Source: Elusimicrobiaceae bacterium (lineage in GTDB: Bacteria > Elusimicrobiota > Elusimicrobia > Elusimicrobiales > Elusimicrobiaceae). Taken from it: a stretch of 64,000 bases of DNA. The notes beneath the pieces are model-generated. The model saw nothing but the letters and a program-made list of their open reading frames with translations, searched no databases and was not told where the DNA came from. A program made the translations under genes and the position numbers. Numbering within the stretch: the first letter of the stretch is position 1; every line of letters begins with the position of its first letter. The DNA lies in assembly GCA_045593185.1 (NCBI GenBank), contig JAZNWD010000016.1, positions 21,781-85,780 of the forward strand. Reading direction: 5' to 3'. Shown one piece after another: positions 55,601 to 64,000 of the stretch.

Positions 55601-58063
55601 TACTTGTACGGTTCTATTGATAATTACCGCGAAAACAACCAAACTACCACCGCACAGGACCAAGCCCTGCGTATGAAGTTTAACACCGTCAGCACAGACT
55701 GCGACGGGGAGGCCTGCTATGCTAACCGCAACTTCCGCACGATGGACTTTAGCCAACACAAAGAAATGCGCTTCCTGCTGCATGGGGCCGGGGAAAGCGC
55801 GGTGGCCGAATCCGAATTTTTCTTAAAGGTGGGTACCGAAAAAAATTACGACAAAATTATTGTGCCGGTCAATTACAAGGGTTGGCGTTTGATTTCTGTT
55901 AAAATGATTGATACCAACGGGGACGGCATCACCGACACGTTCCAAAATGTGTCCGACCCCAGTTATGGGGTACGGGTGGATTCCACGCGCGCGCCCAACG
56001 GGCTGGTCAACTTCCGCGAAATCAGTTTGATTTTAGCCGGGGTAGAAAAGGCAACTACTAAAGATGAAGACGGCAACATTCAGGTAACCGGCGGGGGTAG
56101 CTCGGGCGAAGTGTGGTTAAACGTCATCCACTTGGCCGAAGCCATCACGCTAACCGGCGATGCTTACAAAGGCGATGTGGTGGTACGCTTGGACAATTGG
56201 GGTAGCGCCGGGGCCAAATACGTCCACAAAGATGCCGATTTTGAAACCCCGCTGGCCGTTTCCAAGCAGCAAGAAACCACCCAAGAAGAATATTTTGTCA
56301 AAATGACGCGCATTAAAGAATTCCCGATGGAAGCCAATTTGACGCGTTCTACCGTAACGACCCCCGTCATTTCGGACAGTACCAACTACAACACGGTGAG
56401 CATGTTGGATAAAGGCCGCGTACAAAGAGAATTGGCCGTAGTACGCGGGGATTTTATCAAAGAGAAATACCCCAATATCGGTTTGGAATATACGCAAGAC
56501 AGCACCACTTACGATTTAATGCAGCGCAAAGACGATACCCATACCTACGGGGCTACGCTTTCCCATACAGCCGGAGCATTTAAAAATATTCAAGCCGGGT
56601 ATCACTATACTACCTCGTCTATAGACTACGCGCGCGAACGGCAAATTTCCTCGGGCGGTACGTATTACAATACGGACGAAGAAACCCAAAAAGTGAATGC
56701 AAAAGTTACGTTCCAACCGTCTAACCGTTTCCACTTTACCCCCTCTTACAGTTTGAGCAAGAGCAAAGAAGACCGCACCCAATACACAGAACTGACCGAG
56801 GATTCCCGCAAATACCCCAAGGCCCTTACCCAAAATACCGGGTTTAACTCCACCTGGAAAATTACTAAATGGTTGGCCCCGTCGGTCAGCTATAACATCA
56901 ACACGCAAGAAAACAATAACTTAAGCAAACGGAAAAGCCACAACAATTTAACTTCGTTTGAAATTGGCGAAGTAAAAACCGTTACGCGCAGTTCGGACGG
57001 GGGCGTTACCCTTACGTTAAGCGGAAATGAATTACTCCCCAAGAGCAAACTGTTTAACACGTTGGTAGTTTCTTCAAGCTATCGTTTACAAGATGCCGAC
57101 ACGTGGGATGACGTAGACAGCGGCTTTGATTCCCGCAAAGAGTTGTGGATCCGCGGTTCGCTAAAAGATACAGGACGGTTTGGTTACCGCCGCAGCCTTA
57201 CTTTGCGCGATACCTTTATGTCCACCCAACGCTGGAGTCCGCTTTCTAAATACCAATTACGCGGCATGTTGGCCCCGCTGCAAACGCTTACGCTGATCAA
57301 TAATTTCTCCCGAACGCTGCAAAACAACGAACAGACCGGTACGAAATTTGATTCCACCAGTTCAACCCTTCCGGATGCCACGCTATCCATTTCCGACTGG
57401 GAAAAATTCTTCTTTGCGGGGCGATGGCTTAGCGATACAAACCTCAAATTGCGCTACAACAGAGTGAAGCAAACCAATATTGATGTGGACGAAAAAACAA
57501 CCACCCAATACGGCGGCGATTTGCGCTTTATGTTGTTGCGCCGTTTTGACACCGTGCTTAATTATACGCGCAACGAGTCCGACACGTGGGACCTGTACGC
57601 GGATTACAGCTTACAACGCACCAAAGATGATGATGTATCGGTGCAGACTTCGTTCTATATCAAATCGTTACGTATTACCCCTAAAGTGCTTTATAATAAG
57701 CATAACAAATGGCTGGTACGCGGCCTCATCAGCGAAAGCTCCACCCAGTGGACCCCCAGCTTAAATTTACGGTGGGACTTTAACTTGCCGCGCGGATTTA
57801 CATTGCCGTTTATCAACCGGGTTTATAAAACCACCAACCGCATTATTTGGAATACCACCTTCTCTTACACGGATAAAAAATCCCCTGTGGAAGTAAAAGA
57901 CAATTACCGTCTGTTTGATGCTACCACGTCGCTGGATTATGAACTTTCGCAAAACTTGCGCTTAACGCTTAGCGGCGGGCTGTCGGTAATGGATCACGCA
58001 TACGTGGAGAGCGAAGACTATACTGCTTACAATGTGGCTGCCAATGTTACCGTCCAATTTTAA
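52694..58063 (+). CDS. Very large outer-membrane protein, SprA/Sov-like
   Basis: About 1790 aa, signal peptide, GDITLSLP.TEF...QLFG, DYTIDY..G twice (SETVKLNG..L...DYYIDYTSG), long beta-strand-rich C-half ending VTVQF; ATG 52694 (TTG 52685 possible). Confidence 0.65.
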   Translation: MKALRLVLASILLLQVFFAPMAGAETLPYSLVDKNQYEIFEEEQQAQLEKELTLEDPPDDAQLLKYSTDFWRQAVTSVEGAYTLDKEPEPIPDLTLLNPTLSLPLYGTSIALTGRYVLGVKMAAKKFKSDPNSTVEDRNDRSVQMDQQLQLKMQGKILDRVFVDIDYDDQREDEKTISVAYRGKPGEFVQLAEFGDITLSLPQTEFISYEKQLFGAKMHLQHKNANLYLIGSQTKGSSKQKQFIGSSVSEIVSLEDKNYIRRTYYDLTFGGNIKPTKKADGSETSNVSGVAYNDWRSAMGNISPGTEEIYLDNNATSYTYVPVDKTAEDVLGGGDYPAKWELLTRGIDYTIDYTRGIIQFKRNIKADAAIAVDYLDTRGQRLSQTMGTPGYIKFIKTSNDRSVATSADETANKMELKTYYNIGAQKITPDNGKGNFILQLQDANGQPLNNPYFVYPNYMEIDFNAGIFNLDYRLDDARLYDPTPVSSRNLKFKIQYQSTVKTYFVEAGIVVQSETVKLNGRTLARNNDYYIDYTSGFITFYKGDTITENSVIDITYDTTAGDNSNNTVVGGRLDYKLFDKVVMGTTVIKEGGEKPKSVPQVGAYSKDLLVYGADINGKDIKLAEPLSVDFSVEAARSVKKQNLYGYAMIDSMNDASTQVGGSMVFRDWIFASNPTKPSTFLNTLRWDTQDVPSLQINPKAAANYNDKQQVLVLNYDFTQARDYDPNLDEVSIVYPLSTVGIDLSDKTSFQVTMLGEEGGPQVNFTFGDISEYSDNSSGMTTQCSAGGLVPKTEDVYCRNSLAPNEDIGWEFINPDGSSQRYNPFTQNVYNYETQPNGRIDTQDLNGNGKYDPENIPTNGNFGFAGTPITPAPEQQEPGLNTTWQTYSVPLEITNKAEWTAVHHLRITLKKGANLKGQIKIAGVGLSGTAWNPNNVPNVNNFAISGINNVDNANYDPIFSSPGDGQRVFNYLYGSIDNYRENNQTTTAQDQALRMKFNTVSTDCDGEACYANRNFRTMDFSQHKEMRFLLHGAGESAVAESEFFLKVGTEKNYDKIIVPVNYKGWRLISVKMIDTNGDGITDTFQNVSDPSYGVRVDSTRAPNGLVNFREISLILAGVEKATTKDEDGNIQVTGGGSSGEVWLNVIHLAEAITLTGDAYKGDVVVRLDNWGSAGAKYVHKDADFETPLAVSKQQETTQEEYFVKMTRIKEFPMEANLTRSTVTTPVISDSTNYNTVSMLDKGRVQRELAVVRGDFIKEKYPNIGLEYTQDSTTYDLMQRKDDTHTYGATLSHTAGAFKNIQAGYHYTTSSIDYARERQISSGGTYYNTDEETQKVNAKVTFQPSNRFHFTPSYSLSKSKEDRTQYTELTEDSRKYPKALTQNTGFNSTWKITKWLAPSVSYNINTQENNNLSKRKSHNNLTSFEIGEVKTVTRSSDGGVTLTLSGNELLPKSKLFNTLVVSSSYRLQDADTWDDVDSGFDSRKELWIRGSLKDTGRFGYRRSLTLRDTFMSTQRWSPLSKYQLRGMLAPLQTLTLINNFSRTLQNNEQTGTKFDSTSSTLPDATLSISDWEKFFFAGRWLSDTNLKLRYNRVKQTNIDVDEKTTTQYGGDLRFMLLRRFDTVLNYTRNESDTWDLYADYSLQRTKDDDVSVQTSFYIKSLRITPKVLYNKHNKWLVRGLISESSTQWTPSLNLRWDFNLPRGFTLPFINRVYKTTNRIIWNTTFSYTDKKSPVEVKDNYRLFDATTSLDYELSQNLRLTLSGGLSVMDHAYVESEDYTAYNVAANVTVQF

Positions 58064-58793
58064 AAATTGCCTGCACAAAACCGTACAATACACGCTGCAT
58101 TTTTTCTTTCCGCGCACGTGCTTTGCCTGCGGCAAAGACTTGCCGCATGACCGCCAAGCCCCTCTGTGCAACACGTGTGAAAACGGGCTTACTTTGCCCG
58201 GCCCGCTGATTTGCCAACGCTGCGGCGTGGTGCTAAAATCCGGCGGAGCACATTGTTATCATTGCCGCGGCAGCAAGGCCGAAACGTACAAGTGTAAAAT
58301 CATCCGCTCAGCTTGTAATTTTAATGAATTTTCCAGCGGGTTGGTGCACGCGTTAAAATACCAAGGGGCCGATTACGTGGCCCCTTATATGGGAAAACTG
58401 ATGGCGCGGCGGTTTAGTTTACTGGGCGAATTATCTGCAGCCAACTTGGTAATACCCGTTGCGCTATTTAAAAAACGCGAGAGGAAACGCGGCTATAACC
58501 AAAGCGAGCTGCTAGCCCGGACCTTTGCAACTCAAACCGGGCTGCCGCTCGATAGCACCTCTTTGGTGCGCGTGCACGATACAGGTTCTCAAACAAAACT
58601 GGGGCGCGCAGAGCGCCTTACCAATATGCTTGGCGCGTTTGTGGTCAAAAATCCGGCTGCCGTAAAAGGCAAAATTATTTTACTGATAGACGACGTAGCC
58701 ACTACAGGAAGCACGCTGGAAGCATGCGCGCAAGCTTTGCGCGCGGCCGGTGCCAAACGGGTGCTTGCCTACACGTTTGCGCGGGAAAATTAA
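58032..58793 (+). CDS. comF: ComF family double-zinc-ribbon / PRTase-like protein
   Basis: FFPRTCFACG, C..CG...CYHC, RGYNQSELLA, LIDDVATTGSTL; start may be ATG 58044. Confidence 0.88.
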   Translation: MWLPMLPSNFKNCLHKTVQYTLHFFFPRTCFACGKDLPHDRQAPLCNTCENGLTLPGPLICQRCGVVLKSGGAHCYHCRGSKAETYKCKIIRSACNFNEFSSGLVHALKYQGADYVAPYMGKLMARRFSLLGELSAANLVIPVALFKKRERKRGYNQSELLARTFATQTGLPLDSTSLVRVHDTGSQTKLGRAERLTNMLGAFVVKNPAAVKGKIILLIDDVATTGSTLEACAQALRAAGAKRVLAYTFAREN

Positions 58794-59473
58794 ATATGCC
58801 CGTTGGCATGCAAACTATAGTGAGAGCCGCCATTCCCTATAATAATGTGGTCATGTACACGAATGTTAAATAAGGCAGCCGCACGGATAACATCCTGCGT
58901 AAGGGAAATATCTTCTTTGGAAGGGGAAGCATCCCCCGAAGGATGGTTGTGTACTAAAATCACCGCACTGGCCTTGGCTGCCAAAGCACACTCCACAATC
59001 TTACGCGCCGAAACCGCCACCCGGTCGATGAGCCCCGTAGCTACCACCTGAGTACCGATTACCGTATTGCGGATAGACAAGAAAATCAGTTCCAAGCATT
59101 CTTCCGGCTTATCGGCCAGGGCCGCCTTGCAATAATCAATTACCTGCTCCGGCGATCGAATAGAAGTTTGCTTTTTGACCTTTTCGAGCGAATATTGTTT
59201 AAACACGGCCCGGATCAGTTTTAAAAACTGGGCGGTATGCGGGCCAATACCATCGACGGTTTGCAGATCCCGCTCATCCGCATCCAATACGCCGCGCAGC
59301 GAACCAAATTTCTTAAGCAACGCCCACGCAATGGGCTTGGTATCTTTGCGTGCAATACAATAAGTAAGCAGCATTTCTAGCACTTCGTGCGGCAAAAAAG
59401 CATCCAAATTGCGTTGGGTAAATTTGTTGCGCAAGCGTTCGCGGTGCCCTACAAAAGATGGTTTTTCGCTCAT
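58790..59473 (-). CDS. radC: RadC (HhH + JAB domain) protein
   Basis: GHRERLR, GIGP, HNHPSG...PS.ED, VHDHIII. Confidence 0.92.
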   Translation of the reverse strand: MSEKPSFVGHRERLRNKFTQRNLDAFLPHEVLEMLLTYCIARKDTKPIAWALLKKFGSLRGVLDADERDLQTVDGIGPHTAQFLKLIRAVFKQYSLEKVKKQTSIRSPEQVIDYCKAALADKPEECLELIFLSIRNTVIGTQVVATGLIDRVAVSARKIVECALAAKASAVILVHNHPSGDASPSKEDISLTQDVIRAAALFNIRVHDHIIIGNGGSHYSLHANGHI

Positions 59474-59535
59474 ACTATTTATCTATTATACTGTTTTTAA
59501 TGCTACAATAGATATAATCTATTTGGGGGATTTCT

Positions 59536-60903
59536 ATGAAACAAATCGTGGTAATTGGCGGGGGCCCTGCGGGATACCCGGCCGCGTTGGAAGCGGCACG
59601 TTTGGGCGCGCAAGTAACGTTAATTGAAAAAAATAAACTGGGCGGAGTGTGCTTAAATTGCGGATGCATCCCCTCAAAATCTTTGTTGGACAGCGCCCAT
59701 AAATTAACCGGCGTTTTAGCCGCCGGCCGTTTGTGCCTTGATGAGGCCGCTCCGCTAGCGCAAGCTTTGTTTGAAAAACGCGATTGGAAAAAAATTCAGG
59801 CCCGCCAACAAAAAGCTACCCAAAAATTAGTGCAAGGCATTGGCTTTTTGCTCAAAAAGGCCGGGGTCAATGTATTGCAAGGCGCGGCCAGTTTTGTGGA
59901 CGAGCATACCTTATCCGTAAAGACCGCCCAAGGTACGCAAACCTTAAGCGCACACGGCGTGATTATAGCTACCGGATCGAGTGCATTTTTCCCGGCACCG
60001 TTTGACGCAATTAAAGACCAAATTTACGATAATTCCACTCTCTTTGATATGCCCGCACTGCCGGCCAGTATCGCCGTTGTGGGCGGGGGTGTAATTGGGT
60101 GCGAAATGGCCGATTTTTTAAGTGCCCTTGGCGTAGAAGTACACGTGGTAGAAATGCAAGCGCGCATTTTGCCGCAGGAAGACGAAACCGCCGCGCGTAC
60201 CTTAGAGCGTGCCCTTACTAAACGCGGGGTTATCCTGCATACCGGGGTATCGGCCACGCAAGTACAGCTCAACGCCAAGCGGTGGAAATTAACCCTCTCG
60301 GACGGAAAAGAACTTCAAACTGAAAAAATTTTGGCCGCTATCGGGCGCACGGTGGACACAAGCGCCTTGCATTTGGAAAACATCGGTGTCAAGGCCACCC
60401 GCAAAGGCCTTAGCGTAAACCCGCAAACGTTGCAACTCAAAGACTCCATTTATGCCGCGGGCGACGTAACCGGGCTATGCCAATTGGCCCACGCCGCCAC
60501 CCGCCAAGGGGAAGTGGCCGCACGCAATTTGTGCGGACAAGCCGCCGTGTATCACAACGAAAGTGTACCGCGGGCTATTTATACCGAGCCCGAAATTGCC
60601 GGCGTAGGTTTAACAAAAGCCCAAGCGCAAACCCAAGGATTAAATGTGAAGGCACACAAAGCTTTCTTTTTAGCTAACGGCCGCGCCGTTGCGCAGGATC
60701 AAACCGACGGCTATGTGGAACTGCTTAGCGCGGCCGATACGGGCAAATTGGTAGGGGGCACTATCGTCGGGAAAAATGCCTCCGAACTTATTCATATCAT
60801 CAATGTGGCGTTGCAAGCCGGGTTGACCTTGGCGCAACTTAAAGAAGTAATTTTTGCACACCCCACTTTGGCAGAAACCGTTTTTGAGGCCACCCGCGTA
60901 TGA
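59536..60903 (+). CDS. lpdA: Dihydrolipoyl dehydrogenase
   Basis: GGGPAGY, GGVCLNCGCIPSK, GGGVIG, HPTLAE. Confidence 0.9.
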   Translation: MKQIVVIGGGPAGYPAALEAARLGAQVTLIEKNKLGGVCLNCGCIPSKSLLDSAHKLTGVLAAGRLCLDEAAPLAQALFEKRDWKKIQARQQKATQKLVQGIGFLLKKAGVNVLQGAASFVDEHTLSVKTAQGTQTLSAHGVIIATGSSAFFPAPFDAIKDQIYDNSTLFDMPALPASIAVVGGGVIGCEMADFLSALGVEVHVVEMQARILPQEDETAARTLERALTKRGVILHTGVSATQVQLNAKRWKLTLSDGKELQTEKILAAIGRTVDTSALHLENIGVKATRKGLSVNPQTLQLKDSIYAAGDVTGLCQLAHAATRQGEVAARNLCGQAAVYHNESVPRAIYTEPEIAGVGLTKAQAQTQGLNVKAHKAFFLANGRAVAQDQTDGYVELLSAADTGKLVGGTIVGKNASELIHIINVALQAGLTLAQLKEVIFAHPTLAETVFEATRV

Positions 60904-61604
60904 ATTTTTGCGTAGTACTCGTCCGCCCGCGCGACCCCAATAATATTGGGGCTTGTGCCCGTGCAATGGCTAACTTTGGGCTGGCCGACTTGCGCGTGGT
61001 GGATCCGTTCACCCCCGTCTGGCGCGAAGCCGTCAGCGCGGTAGGCGCCGAAGACCTTATGAAAAACGCCGCGCAACTGGGCACGCTTGATGAGGCCCTG
61101 AAAGATTGTACCTTTTCCTTGGCAGCTACGGCTTTGCGCAACCGCGGGGTTGTGCAAGAAGTTATTACGCTACCCCAATTAAACGAGCGCCTTAAAACGT
61201 GCGCCGATCAGCAAGTGGCGCTTGTGTTTGGGAACGAAAAAACAGGGCTTTCCAACGAAGATATTGAACGGTGCGACGCCATTTTAAATATTCCCACCGT
61301 CTCCAAACAGCCCTCTATCAATTTGGCCCAAGCCGTCATTTTGACGTGCTATGAACTTTCCCGCCGCAGTGATTTTACGCCGCTTCGCACAGTTAAAGCC
61401 CCTAACGACCAACCCACCGATGCCCAGCGCGAAATGTTTTTGGGCGCCGTGGAACAATTGTGCGAAAAAGTGGACCTGCGCAACGATTTGTCTTTGCAGC
61501 AACGAAAGGATTTCCTGCGCCATGCGTTGGCGCGCCACCCGCTTTCCACCGTGCAATTATTCTTCCTAAAAACCTTGGTGGACCGCCTAAACCAACGGCT
61601 GTGA
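60900..61604 (+). CDS. trmJ: TrmJ-like SPOUT tRNA methyltransferase
   Basis: NIGACARAMANFG, LVFGNEKTGLSNEDI, SINLAQAV. Confidence 0.85.
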   Translation: MNFCVVLVRPRDPNNIGACARAMANFGLADLRVVDPFTPVWREAVSAVGAEDLMKNAAQLGTLDEALKDCTFSLAATALRNRGVVQEVITLPQLNERLKTCADQQVALVFGNEKTGLSNEDIERCDAILNIPTVSKQPSINLAQAVILTCYELSRRSDFTPLRTVKAPNDQPTDAQREMFLGAVEQLCEKVDLRNDLSLQQRKDFLRHALARHPLSTVQLFFLKTLVDRLNQRL

Positions 61605-61623
61605 ATTAAAAATGATTAAGAAA

Positions 61624-61650
61624 CCGCCCTTTGCACAAAGCGAAGGGCGG
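61624..61650. terminator. Intrinsic terminator between convergent genes
   Basis: CCGCCCTTTGC-5-GCGAAGGGCGG. Confidence 0.65.
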
Positions 61651-61680
61651 GGTTGTATAGCTTTTACGTGGTGCTGGGAT

Positions 61681-62745
61681 TTATTTCTTTTTGGTCAATC
61701 CCTGTTTGATTTCCCGACGGTATGGGTTGGCATGCAAACCACCGCCATAGCCATATTCGTAAGCATTTCTGAGTATGTCTTCACAATCCCCAAAGACACG
61801 TTCAGCTTTCTTACATTCGCGATACCCTTCCGTGATAGCAAGCCCAATTCTCTTCGCTTGTAGTGTCCGAAGGCCTTCGGTGGGGGCAACCGGCGTTATG
61901 GCAAACAGTTCCCAAAAGCTACGCGTCATAAGCCATTCTTGTCTCCCTGCAAACCACCATGACTTTGTATTCGCGTTGTCTATTACCACATTTTCAAAAA
62001 GCGCCCATTTAACTTTGTAGAAAGTCTTTTTGTCGTTATAAACCTGGGTGGCTTCTTTCCACCACTGGTTCATCTTATGCATTGGACTCGGCTCGTAGTC
62101 AGAAGACATGAACTTTTTAACAATGTCTATTAAGTCCCAATGACGGATTGTAGGATAACTGGGTCCAGGTCCAGTTGCTTTATCAGGAGAAACATTAACT
62201 ATATGTACAACCGCAGCGTAATTCCCCAGGTTTCGCCTTGCCCAGCCGAACAACTGCCCATCTGCCCAAGTGCCTTCATATTTTTCTGCAAATTTTTGCA
62301 TTTTGTTATAATCTAGGTACTTAGGGTTCTTATTGAGGGTAATATAGGATGTTTCCTTTAGCGCCTGCATGAGAGCCTCGGCCGGGGAAACTAAGGCAAC
62401 CGTAGCGCCATCTTTTTTAAAAAAACCGGGTTGTGAAACAGATTCTATATCAATAGAAGGCGGGCATTTCACGTCGTCTCTTTCGTCTCTGTAAGCCCGG
62501 CATTTAGCAGGGATTTGATTTTCCTTGTATGATTTTTTTAATGCACGGCACTGTGGAATAGAATCAAACGCCTTTGGCAGATCCTTCACCCGCCCTTGAT
62601 TTAAATAGGTACGCATCTGTTTAACAAGCTCCTCTTGCGCTTTTTGAGAAGGGGCATGGTCGGTCCAGCAATCCCCTGCTGCAAAAACCGGGACCGCGGC
62701 ACATAAAGCAATGGCACCGATTACTATTTTCTTTATTGTGTTCAT
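61681..62745 (-). CDS. Secreted hypothetical protein
   Basis: Start moved to ATG 62745 after AAGGAG; signal peptide ending VFA; several Cys. Confidence 0.7.
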   Translation of the reverse strand: MNTIKKIVIGAIALCAAVPVFAAGDCWTDHAPSQKAQEELVKQMRTYLNQGRVKDLPKAFDSIPQCRALKKSYKENQIPAKCRAYRDERDDVKCPPSIDIESVSQPGFFKKDGATVALVSPAEALMQALKETSYITLNKNPKYLDYNKMQKFAEKYEGTWADGQLFGWARRNLGNYAAVVHIVNVSPDKATGPGPSYPTIRHWDLIDIVKKFMSSDYEPSPMHKMNQWWKEATQVYNDKKTFYKVKWALFENVVIDNANTKSWWFAGRQEWLMTRSFWELFAITPVAPTEGLRTLQAKRIGLAITEGYRECKKAERVFGDCEDILRNAYEYGYGGGLHANPYRREIKQGLTKKK

Positions 62746-62865
62746 CTTTTTCTCCTTTCCTTGCATACACAACACCTGAGCAAAACGCCGTATAAGCACA
62801 GCTGGTAATTCTCTCCACCCTTTGTAGGGTACATTTTTATTATATTTGTAAAGATACACAAAACC

Positions 62866-62922
62866 AGGGCCAAAAGGCCTATGTGAGGCCCTCTTTTGGG
62901 CCTAAGCAAAAATAGGTCCTAT
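62866..62922 (-). promoter_or_regulatory. TAGGYC operator-like sites
   Basis: AGGGCC-AAAA-GGCCTA (62866), GGCCTA again 23 bp later, ATAGGTCCTAT at 62912; minus-strand TATAAT at the same spacing as for the 39574 gene. Confidence 0.6.
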
Positions 62923-63058
62923 TTCCCATTTGTTATCATGGAGATTTGAATGGGTACTATCTTTCAAACTGCCCGGCTGGATGCCAGCCGCCCCTTATGA
63001 ATGCCACATTCACTGCCCAAACAGCTTATATTTTGCTAGAATATGGGTAGGAGGGTCT

Positions 63059-64000
63059 ATGGCGCATAACATCCTGGTTATCAACCCAGGGTCTACGTCG
63101 GATGATATCGGTTATTACCGCGGCAACAAAGCCGTGTTTGAAGTGACTATGCGCTATTCTATGACAGACCTGGAACCTTACGAGGGCCAAAACGTAACCG
63201 CCCAATTACCCTTGCGCCGTAAACTTATCTTAGATTATCTTTTGGATCATAAAATTCCCCTCAAAGAAATTGACGCCGTGATCGGGCGCGGGGGCTTGTT
63301 GCACGCCCTGGAAGGCGGCGTATACGCCGTCAATCAAAAAATGATACAGGATTTAACCTCCAGCAAATACGGCAATCACGCCAGCAATTTGGGCGGCATC
63401 TTGGCGCACGATATTGCCAAGTACGCCGGCTGCCCCAGCTTTATTGCCAACCCTGTGATCGTGGATGAATTTGAACCCGTGGCCCGCTACTCCGGCATGC
63501 CGGAAAATCCGCGCATTTCCATTTTCCACGCACTGAGCCAAAAACGGGTGGCCCGCTTGGTTGCCGAAAAACGCGGCAAAACGTACGAAGGAACGAACTG
63601 CATTGTCTGCCATGGCGGGGGCGGTGTATCGGTGGGAGCCCACCGGAAGGGGCGTGTTATCGACGTAACTAACGGATTTGAAGGCGACGGCCCCATGACC
63701 CCACAACGCAGCGGCAGCACCCCCGGTTCCAAACTGGTAGAGATGTGCTTTTCGGGAAAATATACCGAACAAGAATTGCGCTTAAAAATGTGCGGCAAAG
63801 GCGGGCTGGTGGCTTATACGGGCACTTCGGACGTAAAAGAATTGGAAGAATTTATTGCAACCGGCAAAAAACGCCCGGGCAGTATGATTACTTGCTCGCG
63901 CGCAAAAGCCAAACTGGCCTTGGAAGCCCTGATTTATCAGCTTTCCAAAGCCATTGGTGAAATGGCCGTAGTGCTGGAAGGCAAAGTGGATTTTATTGCG
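63059..64000 (+). CDS. buk: Butyrate kinase family protein (runs off the window end; not in the ORF track)
   Basis: Translated by hand: MAHNILVINPGSTS, DAVIGRGGLL, HASNLGGILA, SIFHALSQK, GGGVSVGAH, open to 64000; AGGAGG RBS. Confidence 0.88.
   Translation, partial: MAHNILVINPGSTSDDIGYYRGNKAVFEVTMRYSMTDLEPYEGQNVTAQLPLRRKLILDYLLDHKIPLKEIDAVIGRGGLLHALEGGVYAVNQKMIQDLTSSKYGNHASNLGGILAHDIAKYAGCPSFIANPVIVDEFEPVARYSGMPENPRISIFHALSQKRVARLVAEKRGKTYEGTNCIVCHGGGGVSVGAHRKGRVIDVTNGFEGDGPMTPQRSGSTPGSKLVEMCFSGKYTEQELRLKMCGKGGLVAYTGTSDVKELEEFIATGKKRPGSMITCSRAKAKLALEALIYQLSKAIGEMAVVLEGKVDFIA

Noticed and set aside
62931-63058. Riboswitch upstream of buk
   Set aside because: Hairpins are present (CGGCTGG/CCAGCCG, TTTGAA/TTCAAA) but match no aptamer consensus I recognise and have no terminator T-tract

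Overview
A 64-kb stretch of chromosome from a diderm, anaerobic bacterium. Several dispersed pilins of the [25 protein letters not shown] type point to Elusimicrobiota (inference). Most of the window is housekeeping: queC, rlmN, eno, lgt, accC, nrdDG, lysS, rpsT, uvrC, lptFG, lpdA, an LpoB lipoprotein cluster and a 5' partial butyrate kinase. Accessory secreted proteins are interspersed among these genes. The most unusual structure lies at 39.3-45.6 kb, downstream of a tRNA(CAT), probably Ile2. There, four extra copies of the tRNA 3' end, each with homologous flanking arms, divide the region into a tandem array: one 3-kb integrase-bearing element carrying a candidate defence gene pair, two integrase-less single-gene cassettes (ankyrin protein; clostripain-like protease) and a gene-less ~190-bp mini-element. 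Other highlights: an adjacent serine palmitoyltransferase and ceramide-synthase-like GNAT pair; a recurring 16-bp TAGGYC-N4-GRCCTA operator-like palindrome upstream of accessory genes; a class III RNR whose glycyl-radical tail is a separate gene; a poly-T tract filling a pilin promoter spacer; a SprA-like giant outer-membrane protein; and several enzymes lacking canonical catalytic residues. All family assignments come from motifs read by eye; no database searches were run.
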